From NCBI GenBank assembly GCA_002269645.1, contig NIVC01001511.1, positions 1 to 64,000 on the forward strand: 64,000 nt of DNA, read 5' to 3'. The stretch comes from Macrostomum lignano (lineage: Eukaryota). Positions 1 to 12,307 of the stretch are shown piece after piece. The translations under genes and the position numbers were made by a program. The notes beneath the pieces are model-generated. The model did not search any database. It was not told the origin of the DNA and saw only the letters and a program-made list of their open reading frames with translations. How positions within the stretch are numbered: position 1 is the stretch's first letter; each line of letters starts with the position of its first letter.

Positions 1-3000
1 TTTAATACACTCGTTTTGTTGCCAAAAAAAGTGAACTTTTAAAAGTTTGTTTTTTGTTTAAAAGCAATCATTTAAACAAAAAATAACTGTTTTAATGATA
101 CAAACAACTATATTTAGAACCTTTTTTTGACATTTTAAGAAGAATTTTTTCTCCCTATTTGGATAGTATAAAAAAATAAAAGTTGAATAAAAATCGTGCC
201 TGTATTTCCGAAGCCTTAGTAAAACCTGGAAATGAAGGCTACTCCATAATGTGATTACATTAAAAAAAACTGTACATGTCTATCTACATCCACCAAAAAG
301 TTATTGAGGCCTGTTTTTTGCCTATCTTTTCAGTGTAAAATAGACAGATAAAACAGAAAATTTCAATTTTTTTCTAGCAGTAATTTTCGAAGACTATTCT
401 TCTATTGCATTTAATAGAGGAAATTAAAGGAATTCTTCACAATGCTTTTATTTCTTTCCACATATATCTGCCGAGGAGCAACAGCAATGTTAGCTTTTTA
501 GTAGCGATTCTACTTACATACTACTTATAGAAAAAGTGGCTCATTATGGCTTTTCTTAACCAAAGAGAAGATATTTTACCACTGCAAATTAGTTTCCAAG
601 GTAAAATAATACAAATAAATGTATGCTTTAACTTATTGAGCTATACCAGTTGTAATCCCAATAAGTGACCCCTTGAATGCATGTAACCTTGGTCTGCAAT
701 GCAAAGTCTCATAAAAATGAACTGAATTTCATACGAAATTATGTTTATTTCATTTGTAAGTTTAACAAGTAAATTCACAATATACAATTTTAAGTACAAT
801 ATATTTTTAAATACTTCTTTACACTTGTTTACAGATATAAATGTTCATTGGTAACTTTATTCACAATATACAATTTTACAATAAGGATAGGCTCAATCAA
901 AATATATATAAGACAATAGTATCAACAATTATTTACCTATATGTTTTACAGTTAAAAAGCAAAGCAGACAATATAAATTATGTATCTAAAGACAATAAGC
1001 ATTAAATATATGCTAACTTCAGTCTTCAGTTGCAGCTACTCAACAAGCAATAATATTGGGAAAAAATGAAAATGAGCTTTTAAATAAACCAAAGTACACA
1101 AAAAACCTTTTATACTTTTTTCATTAGAAAAACAAATCAAACTTTATATATATTCATTAGTCTAAAAATTATAATCATTCAAAGTTGAAAAAATGTGCAA
1201 TTTTAAGATATGCTATCAAGTTCCAGTAGCAAAAAAGTCACAAAATTGGTGAATTTTTTAACCTTTGTCAATATATAGGCAAAAAGGGTATAAAAACATA
1301 TACATTTATGTGTTGTGGAATAAACAAATAAAAAAGATTTCAGAAAAAGCATTAAACTTTTAAATAATAGTCATTTGAAATTTTAATATTGCTCTATTTT
1401 TAATGTGTATTTTTCACTTTTTAAAAAATTCAAATGCAAACCCCAAAAAAGATACATTAGAAAGAATAAGAAAAAATTGTTTATCTTATGTAGAACTGCT
1501 TGGTCTTTAAAATAATACTAGACTCAACATTATATGTTGAATAGCAAAAAAGATATGACAACAAAAAGTGAAAAATTTTGTTTTCGTACATCTAATGGCA
1601 ACAATCTATAATGTATTTTTCCTATCTGAAAAACGTAATTTTTTGGGGACAAAAAATGTTATAAATTTTTTATTACTCAACCAAATTTAATAAGTGAAGC
1701 CATTTTGTGATGCTGTTATTGATCTCTATCAGATACATATCTGAAAAATATAAATTTTAAAGTGATTTAAAATCCCTACCTATAGTTTAAATTGTATAAT
1801 AGTATATGCTAGGTTTAATGCTAGAAAAAATGATAAGACCTCATTTGTATGCCAGGTTTATGCACCAATACAAAAATTTGTCATTTGACACAATGTATCT
1901 GCTATGTCATATACACCAAGATATAATTCAAATGTTACACTGAAAAATGGTAGGACTCTTTTTAGTTATTGTATACTAGGAAATTGTCACTTTCCAAACT
2001 ATGGATATTACTATATTCCTATAGACATAGCTATAGCCATAGTTTTGACAGAAATTCTTAAAAACAAAGTATTTTGATTCAGGAAAATATAAACATAGTA
2101 CTTAAACAACTACAAAAGTTGTTTAAGACTGCAAATAAAAATTACAAAACAAATCATTAAACTAGCAATGTCAAACATAAGAGTGTTGTTATTAACATTG
2201 CAAAAACACGTATAAAAGTAGAGCAAACATTAAGAAATCATTTATTGGCTATATTTATTTATTTGCACTGTAAAAATCCTAATTTTAAATTATATAACTT
2301 TAATCTAATGAAATTTTTTTTAATAAAAATTTAAAAAAAATTTAATTTTTATTAATTTAAAGATACAATACAATAAAAGCAAACAAACATAGTGAGTAGT
2401 GACCTTTTCTACAGTAAAGTATAGTGTATTTATTAATAGAAATGTTCAAAGTTCATTACACTGAATAATTTTAACTTCTAAAATGGAAAATATATAGTAA
2501 AATTTGTTTTATATGCTAATTGCATATGTAAATAGGCCAATTGATTTTCTTATTTATGCAGGATTCTATCCACATTCTCATTCATTCCAATAGGGCTGTA
2601 ATTGACTAGCAATCATTGTAATTTCATGTAATGCATTTGGTTAGATTGAGTAAATAGAGAAATAGACTAGGTTTGCTTTTTGTGCAATAGGGATGCTATA
2701 TCCTATTGCAATTAAAGTTTTAACTGCTAGAAGCCCCCATTTCCTATGCCAGACTGTGCTTACAACCTGCTGAAGGCCAACCTGTTAGATGCTATTCACA
2801 ATAAGGGCCATTGGCTGTAATAGGGAATCGCTATAGCATCTTATCAGAATTGCATCCTCAAATTCAAACCTTGGATGCAATTTTGCATCTTGATACTAGC
2901 AAAAAACCTAGGAAGCAGATCATATAAGTATTATACAAATTACTCAAATGTAAAGCTCATTTATTGATATCTAATTCAGAGGCTTGGCTGAGCTGCTGAG

Positions 3001-3002
3001 AA

Positions 3003-5619
3003 ATGCGCGAGGCTCCGCCACCTGCAAGGCGACAGCCTGTGCCAGCCACCACTGTGGCTCCAGTTGCTCCAGTTGCAGGCGCCTGTTTCACTGGCACTGG
3101 CAGCTACAGGCAGTTCCAGCCAAAAGTGGCGCAGCCAGTCTACCCAGCCCAGACCGCCTCTCTGCTGCTTAAGCGCCAACCATCGTCTGCTCATTCGTCC
3201 AGGGGCCCTGTGGCCACTTTATCTACCAACTATTCTTTTAATTATCATAGTGAAAGTCACAGGGGTGGATCTAATTGTCCACTGTCAAACGTGCTGGGCT
3301 CATTGTGCTGCGGAATTCGGTGGTCAGAGGCTGGCAGGTTCTACCTGCTGATTGGCGGGATTCTTTGTGGAGTGGGCATTGTGACCCTGTTAGCAACTGG
3401 CTTCGGGCACCACGGCCCCGTGTGGATTGGGCCGATTATCGTGTGCGCAGGCGTCATCCTGATTGGCAAAGGCGCGTTTGACTATGTGCGGCATAGGGTG
3501 AGGGAGCTGTGTGTACTGTGTGCCAGCTAGCACATATTGAACTGTTGTTTTTATCGATTTCTGTGCTTCATCTTGTTGGATTCTTGCGTACACTCGCTTC
3601 ATTATTTAGCTAGGAATCTGCCTCTTTCTCACGTTAGACCCTCAGTTGTCGGGCCAGCGTCCCAGATCCTCATTTGCTGGGCCAGCCTTCCAGATCCCCA
3701 TTTTCTGGGCCAGTCTCGCAGATCCTCAGTTGCTGGACCAGCCTTCCAGATCCCCATTTGCTGGGCTAGCCTCCCAGATCCTCAGTTGCTGGGCCTGCCT
3801 CCCAGGACCTCAGTTGCTGGGCCAGCCTCTCACACCAGTTGGCATCGCAGCAGCGGTCTGACCCCAGCTTCGCTCTCGCTTGCCAGGTGAAAGCCAGTGC
3901 GGAGCGGCCGGACTCAATCGAAGGCGACGCCGTGGCCAGTGATGGCGCCAGGCGCCAGCGCCGCCGCATGCGCCTAGTTGGAGCGCTGCCATTTGGTGCC
4001 GCGTCGGCAGAGCGGCGCCGAAGGAAGCAGTTGGCGGCCAACCTGCGCTACATCCACGGCGCTGGGGCTACTGGCTCCGGCAACACGGCAGCGTCATGGG
4101 CCACCGACTACAGCCAGCAGGGCAGTCTGCGACCGCCTCCGTTAGTTTTACTACGGTTTAATCGGTTTAACGATTGATTTTGTAAGAAATTGAGAGTCAA
4201 AAATTAGGCTAGATCGTGAGCGTTTCAGTAACAAGCAGTTGGAATAATTGTCAAAACTTTGTAAGTTCAATTGTGTCTGGGTAAAGTTATACAATGAGAC
4301 GGGATTTCGAATTGAGATTTTGATCTATGGGATTTCGAATAGGGATTTTTAACTATGCATGGGATTTCGAATTGGGATTTTGGACTATGGGATTTCGAAT
4401 TGGGATTTTGGACTACGGGATTTCGAATTGGGATTTTGGACTATGGGATTTCGAATTGGGATTTTGACCTACGGGATTTCGAATTGGGATTTTGGACTAC
4501 GGGATTTCGAATTGGGATTTTGGACTACGGGATTTCGAATTGGGATTTTGGACTATGGGATTTCGAATTGGGATTTTGGACTACGGGATTTCGAATTGGG
4601 GTTTTGGACTATGGGATTTCGAATTGGGGTTTTGGACTATGGGATTTCGAATTGAGATTTTGGACTATAGGATTTCGAATTGGGATTTTGACCTATGGGA
4701 TTTAGAAAGAAATTTAGACGAGAATCAAAAATGAGGCTAGAGCGTTTTAGTAACAAGCTGTTAGAATAATGGTCCAAATTATGTAATTGCAATTGTGTCT
4801 GGGTAAAGTGATACAATGGGACTCTTAGTAGAAGTTTTTTACAGCCCGACAAGAAAAGACTGATATACCTCAGTTACTTATGTATTCAGTTCTGGGCTCA
4901 GCCAACTAGCCCTCATATTCCATATAGAATTGCTATGCTAAAGCATTAATTTTTATTGTACACTGCTTGATTCATTGTTTAGATTGCGGGCTAGGAAAGA
5001 GCGAGGGCGGGTGAAGAGTTCAGTGTGATTATGCATATTATAGGGCGTACTGGGACTTGCTGGGCGGCAAAGCACCTTTTTTGTATGTGTAATGCTAAAA
5101 ATAGACACAGGCAGTAGATCGGTCTCGCTTGCGACTCATTGCAGCCGGGAGCTCGTTCAGAATGCGTCCCTGCTCCTGTCCGGTGGCTCGCCCGCCGCCT
5201 ACAAGCAGCGTCAGATTGACTGCTCGGCGATGCTGCTGACTGGAGGCTCCATGGCCAGCAGTTTGACCAGCGGGCCGCCTCGCGAGCCCGTCTATTTTCC
5301 CGTCATGTCGTCGACGTCTCGGCTGCCGACGCCGCAGGAGACTCCGTTCCCGTCTGTGTTCTCTTTGCAGGCTGTGGCCGCTCCAAGCAATGCTGCTGGC
5401 ACTACTGCCGCTGGCGCCAGGGACCGCCTGCTGTCCACCAGGCGATCGTCGGGCGCGTCAGCGCCAAGCATCTTCCACACGCTGCGCGCGTCTCCGTCGG
5501 CTGCGTCGTCTGCAACTCGCAACGGCGGCGGCGGCGTTGTTGGCAGGTCGCGGACTCGACTCCCGTTGATGCCGAGTAAAGGTGCTACTAGACTCACGTC
5601 GCATAAGGAAGAAGTTTGA
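3003..5619 (+). CDS. Gene A: two-pass membrane protein (~407 aa) with low-complexity Ser/Ala/Gly-rich C-tail; exons 3003-3497, 3887-4140, 5145-5619
   Basis: ATG 3003 is preceded by in-frame TGA 2997. Donor AGG|GTGAGG at 3497 joins acceptor ccag|3887 in phase 0 (YVRHR-VKASAERP). Donor CC|GTTAGT at 4140 joins gcag|5145 in phase 2 (LRPP-P-RELVQ). Stop TGA at 5617-5619. Two hydrophobic helices, FYLLIGGILCGVGIVTLLATGF and VWIGPIIVCAGVILIG, are separated by GHHGP. Confidence 0.75.
3633..3830. repeat. 28-bp minisatellite (GATCCTCAGTTGCTGGGCCAGCCTCCCA family), ~7 degenerate units, intron 1 of gene A
   Basis: Units are visible directly; same family as the array at 46530-47325. Confidence 0.9.
4300..4700. 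repeat. 28-bp minisatellite (GGACTATGGGATTTCGAATTGGGATTTT), ~14 units, intron 2 of gene A
   Basis: Tandem units are visible; this array generates the repetitive GISNWDF/WDFELG ORFs. Confidence 0.95.
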
Positions 5620-5865
5620 GACGTTTTGAGTTGATGATTTGTTTTTTAGCAAGTTGGCATTGCAAGTATGCAATGTACATTGATGAAGCTAGAGATTAAA
5701 TCTGTACTGCAGAACAATTGTATATATTATTACAGAAGATTAGATGTCCGTGACCCATTGTAAATGATGCCCTTCACAATTCTGATTCTATTGCAACTAA
5801 GGCATTCTGTGTCTTAGTAGTTATGAATGCTATTTATTGTCAGCTAACATTCCTTTAGTTTATTA

Positions 5866-7182
5866 CGAGGGGTGATCAAAAAGTTCTGCAACCTTTTGTT
5901 ATAACTTTTAGTTATAGAATCGGCAAAAGCCAAAAACTTACACATATGTGGCTATATCTATTTGCTATATTTATGTGCATTTTTGGCTTCCAAATATGCC
6001 CCAGTCAAATTTCACAGCCATATATTTTCCATGTGTTTTCAGTAGCTGATGGAAACATCAAAAGACAGTGTTCGCTTCTATATCTTTATGTGCATGCAAC
6101 TTGGTTGCAAAGTGACTGAGATTCACACCGATCTGGTGAATGTTTTAGCTGACTCTGCTCCATCATTTGACACGGTTGCCCGCTGGCTGCGCCATTTCTT
6201 GGAATGCTGGGACAGCTTCAACGATGAACCGAGGTCTGGCCGACCCCGGACATCCGTGACCGAAGATGTCGTGGCCCATGCCGATGCAATAATTCGTGAG
6301 GATTGGAGCATTATGCTGAGATTCATTGCCTATGAGCTTGGTGTCAGCTATGGAAGTGCTCATAACATCATGCATGAGCAACTAGGCCGCACAAAGACCT
6401 GCGCTCGGTGGGTACCCCATCTTCTCACTCCGGAGCAGCAAGCAGAGAGGGTGCGCATCTGTCGCTTGTAGGTGCAAATGTTTGAGCCCACGGCCCACGA
6501 CGACTGTCGGATGTCATCACAGGAGACGAATGTTGGATCTCCTTCTTTTACCATGAAGGATAAGCAGTCCAACATGGTCTGGCTGGCAGAAGATGAGCCA
6601 AGGTCTGAGGTGCTGCAGACCGGATTCCGCAGTCGGAAGCGGATGTTCACCATTTTTTCAACTCTCAGGGTGTTGTATCGGTGAACATCCTTCCAGCGGG
6701 TGCCACAGTGACTGCCAGGTACTACACAGACACTGTTCTGCCAGGCGTGCTGCAGGAGCGGCAGGAACGTGTGCGAACCAGGCATGGACCTCGACTCCTG
6801 CTGCACCATGACAATGCGGCACCGCACAGAGCGGCCTGAACCATGGCGTACCTGGAGCAGCAGGGGGTCCGGCTGCTGCCCCATCCACCCTACTCTCTAG
6901 ACCTAGCACCGTGCGACTTTTGGCTGTTCCCAAGGATCAAATCCGTCATTTCTGGGAGGCCGTTTTCACACATACAAAACCTTGCCCAAGCGGTACATTC
7001 AGCTCTACAGGGTATACCAACTTCAGAGTACCATGACTGCTTTCAGACATGGTGCACACGCATGCGACGGTGCATAGATAGTGGTGGAAAGTACTTTGAA
7101 GGAATGTGACACTGATTAGACGCCTCGGCTGCTGTAGCACTGAGTTTTGAGGTCACTTGCAGAACTTTTTGATCACCCCTCG
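5866..7182 (+). mobile_element. Full-length (1317 bp) mariner DNA transposon, irritans/Hsmar2-like termini
   Basis: Perfect 26-bp TIRs CGAGGGGTGATCAAAAAGTTCTGCAA (5866-5891 and 7157-7182), each flanked by TA (5864-65, 7183-84), with an internal transposase remnant. Confidence 0.97.
6049..7109 (+). pseudogene. Disrupted mariner DD34D transposase
   Basis: Contains HTH region, RSGRP, WVPHLL, ITGDECWI (~6516-6539), HHDNAAPH (D at 6810) and YSLDLAPCDF; exactly 34 residues separate the 2nd and 3rd D. Lesions are stops TAG 6469 and TGA 6837 plus frameshifts. Confidence 0.95.
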
Positions 7183-8044
7183 TAATTAACTGCTTAGCAT
7201 TTTTATAGGCCTTTTCCCGCAAATTCTAAACACAACTTCAAGGGCAATATGATTATTCCTATGCATGTGTTTGCGTATTCATTTTATAATTTCATGTTTT
7301 TTGTATGGCTGTGAGCTGATCTTGTATTTACAATTATTTATTCCATTACATTATTGAGTTTTAGTGCTAGCTTCACTGTTATAACAAGAATATATAATTT
7401 ATGACTATGGCCAAATGTGCCAACAACCTTATTGACATGGGCTTCCAGTGTGCGTATTGTGTATTATAAACTGCGATTCGTACATGTATTCAGCAGAGCA
7501 CACTGTTAGATTTTGTGCATTTTAATAGCTGGATCACTGATGCACACAGTTATCGCTCATTGTTTATTTGACAACTTCTTTTATTTGATCGGTTCTTGAT
7601 GCAGTTTTTTTTTTTCGCAACGTTTCTGCTGAAATATTTGTTCAAAAGTGTGCTTTGTAGCGTTTTTGCTTGTTTTGTGGTTCTTTCTTTTTTACAGGAA
7701 AATAAAGTATTGCTTGTTGTAGGTCCTGGACTCGTGTTTTCTGATTGCTTTCTGCTTTGAAGTTTGTAACTGTTATAAATAATTAGGGCGCTGATAGCTA
7801 ACTATTAGGAGCCTGAGTAACTTCAGTCATGTTTTGGTTTAGTAATATCATTTTTGCATTTCTCAATAGTACGAGAGGTGTTCCATAGGTCCTTTCCCTT
7901 TCGAGTCTAGCTCAGGCTGTTTATGCTTTTATCTATGTTTCTTTTTTGATAGTAGAAATATTTTAGAAAACTTTTTTGCCACCAAAGCCGCGTGTTTTGC
8001 TGTGGAAGTTCAACAAGAGATTTACAGAAACAATATTTGTTGGT

Positions 8045-8760
8045 TCCCTCTAGTCCATGGTTGGGATAGCGCAATCTGTATTGAGTATTGCTCCCTTTAG
8101 TCTATGGTTGGGATAGCGCAATCTGTATTGAGTATTGCTCCCTTTAGTCCATGGTTGGGATAGCGCAATCTGTATTGAGTATTGCTCCCTTTAGTCTATG
8201 GTTGGGATAGCGCAATCTGTATTGAGTATTGCTCCCTTTAGTCTATGGTTGGGATAGCGCAATCTGTATTGAGTATTGCTCCCTTTAGTCTATGGTTGGG
8301 ATAGCGCAATCTGTATTGAGCATTGCTCCCTTTAGTCTATGGTTGGGATAGCGCAATCTGTATTGAGTATTGTTCCCTTTAGTCTATGGTTGGGATAGCG
8401 CAATCTCTATTGAGTATTGCTCCCTTTAGTCTATGGTTGGGATAGCGCAATCTGTATTGAGCATTGTTCCCTTTAGTCTATGGTTGGGATAGCGCAATCT
8501 GTATTGAGTATTGCTCCCTTTAGTCTATGGTTGGGATAGCGCAATCTGTATTGAGTATTGCTCCCTTTAGTCTATGGTTGGGATAGCGCAATCTGTATTG
8601 AGTATTGCTCCCTTTAGTCTATGGTTGGGATAGCGCAATCTGTATTGAGTATTTCTCCCTTTAGTCTATGGTTGGGATAGCGCAATCTGTATTGAGTATT
8701 GCTCCATTTAGTCTATGGTTGGGATAACGCAATCTGTATTGAGTATTGCTCCCTTTACTC
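8045..8760. repeat. 47-bp minisatellite (CTCCCTTTAGTCTATGGTTGGGATAGCGCAATCTGTATTGAGTATTG), ~15 near-identical units
   Basis: Period 47 (unit starts at 8091, 8138 and onward). Confidence 0.97.
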
Positions 8761-9047
8761 TCTGGTTTAATTTAAGAATTTCCCGGTAGCAAATTTATTA
8801 GCTTAAAGCCAAAAGCAAAAGCCTTAACAGCCGGTAAACAATATAATTGCTGCTGGGAAATTCTTGCCTAGAACCAGGGTGTCAGTTGCCGTGTTGAATT
8901 CCGAATTTTGGGTGCAGCAATCTCGTAGTATGCTTATCACCTGCACACCGATGCTTGATTCGTTTGTCCACTGCTGCCATTGTTTCTGAATTTGCTTTCG
9001 TCTAACTTTAAAATAGACAATAGAGTTATAGTTAATCTATTGGCAGA

Positions 9048-9797
9048 ATGACTGACAACATGCTGATGATGGCTCGGCAGGCCAGCACCAACGCGCGCAG
9101 TCGCCAGTCGGACACGATCCGCAGCCGGATGCAGAACGCCCGGCCAGCCGCCTCGCCAAGGGCATTTCCTCCCCAGCAGCTGTTCAAAGCGCAGCAGACT
9201 GTGCGCCCTCGCCAGGTTGGCAAATCGGCCATTTCGATTGCTACCAGCCTGCCGAAACCGCCGTCTGCTCTGGGCAGCCGCCTGCCAACTGCTCCGCCGC
9301 TCATTGAGCACTGCGGCCAGGTTAATCTAGAAAAGCAGAAAAAGCAGGAACAAGTCCTGCCAGAGAGGGTGGAGAAGCAGCAGCGTGAAGTTGAGCCAGT
9401 ATCCCCAGAGCTGCCATCGGATGACCAGAATCTGTCCGCAATGGCGCAGAGTCGCTTGATTCTCACTGACCAACCTGCTGATTCTGCTCAACTGCAATTC
9501 AAATCTGAGCCTAGTGCTAGGTGCCTGGCTGTGACTGCTCAAGCAGACCGGCACAAGCGTGGCGGAGTTAATCCTGTACTGTGCCATCAGCTAGCTGTGC
9601 ACCTGGCCGAGTGCTTAGTGCCTGCCCAATCGCAGCAGGGATTGTACCATCCCAAGCGGGCGGCGCCTGTGTCCCGCTTCCAGTTTGACACTCCCTCGCC
9701 AGACGATCGGGTGCTGCAGGCGGTGGCTAACCGGCCAAAACTGCAATTGCACGTTGCTAGCGCAGCGTCACAGTCAGCAGCTGTTGCACAGACATAG
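9048..9797 (+). CDS. Orphan 249-aa Gln/Pro/Ala/Ser-rich ORF (probable coding exon, no recognisable domain)
   Basis: GC-rich island in AT-rich DNA; acceptor-like ttggcag| at 9046 immediately before ATG 9048; ends TAG 9795-9797. Confidence 0.45.
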   Translation: MTDNMLMMARQASTNARSRQSDTIRSRMQNARPAASPRAFPPQQLFKAQQTVRPRQVGKSAISIATSLPKPPSALGSRLPTAPPLIEHCGQVNLEKQKKQEQVLPERVEKQQREVEPVSPELPSDDQNLSAMAQSRLILTDQPADSAQLQFKSEPSARCLAVTAQADRHKRGGVNPVLCHQLAVHLAECLVPAQSQQGLYHPKRAAPVSRFQFDTPSPDDRVLQAVANRPKLQLHVASAASQSAAVAQT

Positions 9798-11443
9798 CAG
9801 TTCTGAAGGCTGATGCGACTGTGTAAATTGTTAGTGTTCGTGCGTGTGTGTGTGCTGATTGCTGTGATATGAATATGTGCTGTCTATACAGTGTCAACTG
9901 CCGACTCTGCACTCTGCAGTCTTCAGTGGGCTACTTACTCAAGACTTTGGCAGTTAAAATAGTGTTAGATAATTGCGTGTACCAAAGCCACAAACTCAAA
10001 ATGATTGCTGTTACACAAGAATGAGTTTTACAGATCTTAACCTCCAATTTTGTCTCATACCACACCTAACGAGCACTCACTATTTACTCACTGATCTTAT
10101 CTATATTTAAGTTTTGTTATTTTTCACATCATCTCTGTGTGTGTTTTGTTTATCAATCTTATAGCAAGCGTGTCAGTTGATTCTAGAAGACGTTTGGTTA
10201 TAAAGAAATTATTGTATATTTCTACAATATATCTCCGTTTCTATGGCTGCAGAGACTGCAGAGTGCAGAGTCTGCTGTCGTTGGATGTAAAGTTCTGTCT
10301 GTAACGTCTGTCTGAGTGTTAGAGACTAACTTACCAATTATAACCGTTAGGTATGTATATAATAGTAATAATACAGAGTGTACTTTTATTATCTAGCATA
10401 AGTCTTAACTTCACTTTGACTTATGCAGTACATCTGTAAGATTTGATGTTTAGATTTGTCATGTCCAATTGTAAGCCGCCTAAAATACCCTTAAAAACAT
10501 TTTCGTGATGTGTGCACATCTGTTTTCTTTTATTCATATTTCCCTTTGATTTAAGTTAATCTTCAGATTTAGAATGCGTAAATCCATCGGGTATTTGTAC
10601 TTTGAAATTGTTACATAACACAAAAATCACACTTAATAATTAGTTAAATCAGTTATAATTTCTATTTAAGTTAAAGCTGTTTCCAATCCAGAGTACTGTA
10701 GGTGAAATGACTTATTATTCGATTAGTAAAGGTGGTCTCTAAAGATTCGTATTGTAGTACGAGTCATCATCAGCTTCACTAAAATTTTCATTTTTCCTGT
10801 CTCTGTCTGCCTGCCTGACCGTGTGCCTGTCTTTTCCTAAACAATAATCGGTAAACAACGTGAGTAGAAAAAAATTGGAAAACTTTTATTTAATTTGATT
10901 TGCCTCCAAGTGTGTGAATTCGACAACACTGAAGCAAAATATAAGTGCGGGTGAACCGAGAAAGACGCAATGTGTTTTTAATATAAATTGCCGCCTGGGA
11001 AATTTTAAGTTTACTAAAGAAATTTATGTTGGCTTATTAGTCTTATTGGATAGTGTTTTATGCTTTCCACTTTGTAGTAAAAATTTTACTTTAAAATTTT
11101 AGTATTATTGCTGCATTACTAATTCTGTAAGATGAATCTTTTAAGCTAAAATCGCTAGAATTTTTTACAAGTACAAGTACTAATGCGAGAAGTTTCGATT
11201 TGTGTTGCGTTTCATCCAACACAACCTTGTGCAACACACTGCATGAACACTATACTACTTCATCGCAGGACTCCTGTAGCTATTTTTAGAAATTTTTAAT
11301 GTCGCTATTTTTAGAACTCTGCTATTACTAACGAATAGGAAAAACAAAAAAAAGTTAGGTACCTAATATAGCGGTACTGTGCTGTGGGAACTTCACTATT
11401 ACTAATGTACTGTTATATCGGCGTTGCAACCATGCAGGTAGGG

Positions 11444-12307
11444 GATCGATTTATTACATGTAGGCTCTGCGTTTGGAAAATTACACAATGCAGACTAACA
11501 CACTCACTGGACGCAACATCTTAGTAAGCCTGAACTTCTAAACGGTTTATCGATCGATTATTGCATGTCCGATGTACAAGTTACGTATGCAATGTGCATG
11601 GATTTAACGGGTATTGTGTATCGAATATTGTAAATATGTAAACTTTCATGTACATGAACGTAAGAAGTATTTAAGAAGCACAACGTACAATACATTTTAA
11701 AATGTAACCGAAGGACATGATATGCATGTGTCGTAATGTGTGAACACATGCGATATTTCAAGGACAACTTTTACTCTACTTTAAAATTTACGCTCATATT
11801 TGCATAGTCAAGATATGAAACAAAATTTATATGTCCATACACGAAATTATATGCATGTATATTGCTGTGTAGTATGTGTACTATCAACCAATAACTTTGT
11901 ATTAGGTATATACAGCAGTGGTACTTGACATGCAGTAGGAAAAGTATGCTCGTAAATAGTGGAAGCACGACCGATGCCAATTGAACTTGTGCTACAAATT
12001 CCGGAAATTCAAGACAGTCGATGTTTTAGTTTGATTGTTAGACTATAACTCGTTTTTAAGCAATGAAAAGAGTTCTTAAAAGTATTGCTATGCTCTGCTC
12101 TACTCTATGGTGTATTATTATTAAGTTTATTTGTTAATGTGAGCTACCGCGCCAATACAAACTTAGTACAAAATTTAAATTAAATTAAATTAATCGATCG
12201 ATAAACCGTTTAGAAGTTCAGGCTTACTAAGATGTTGCGTCCAGTGAGTGTGTTAGTCTGCATTGTGTAATTTTCCAAACGCAGAGCCTACATGTAATAA
12301 ATCGATC
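11444..12307. repeat. Perfect 117-bp inverted repeat (arms 11444-11560 and 12191-12307, 630-bp spacer)
   Basis: GATCGATTTATTACATG...TTTATCGATCGATTA is the exact reverse complement of TAATCGATCGATAAA...CATGTAATAAATCGATC. Confidence 0.95.

Noticed and set aside
1-2900. AT-rich block possibly TE-derived
   Set aside because: No ORF, TIR, TSD or periodicity could be established by eye.
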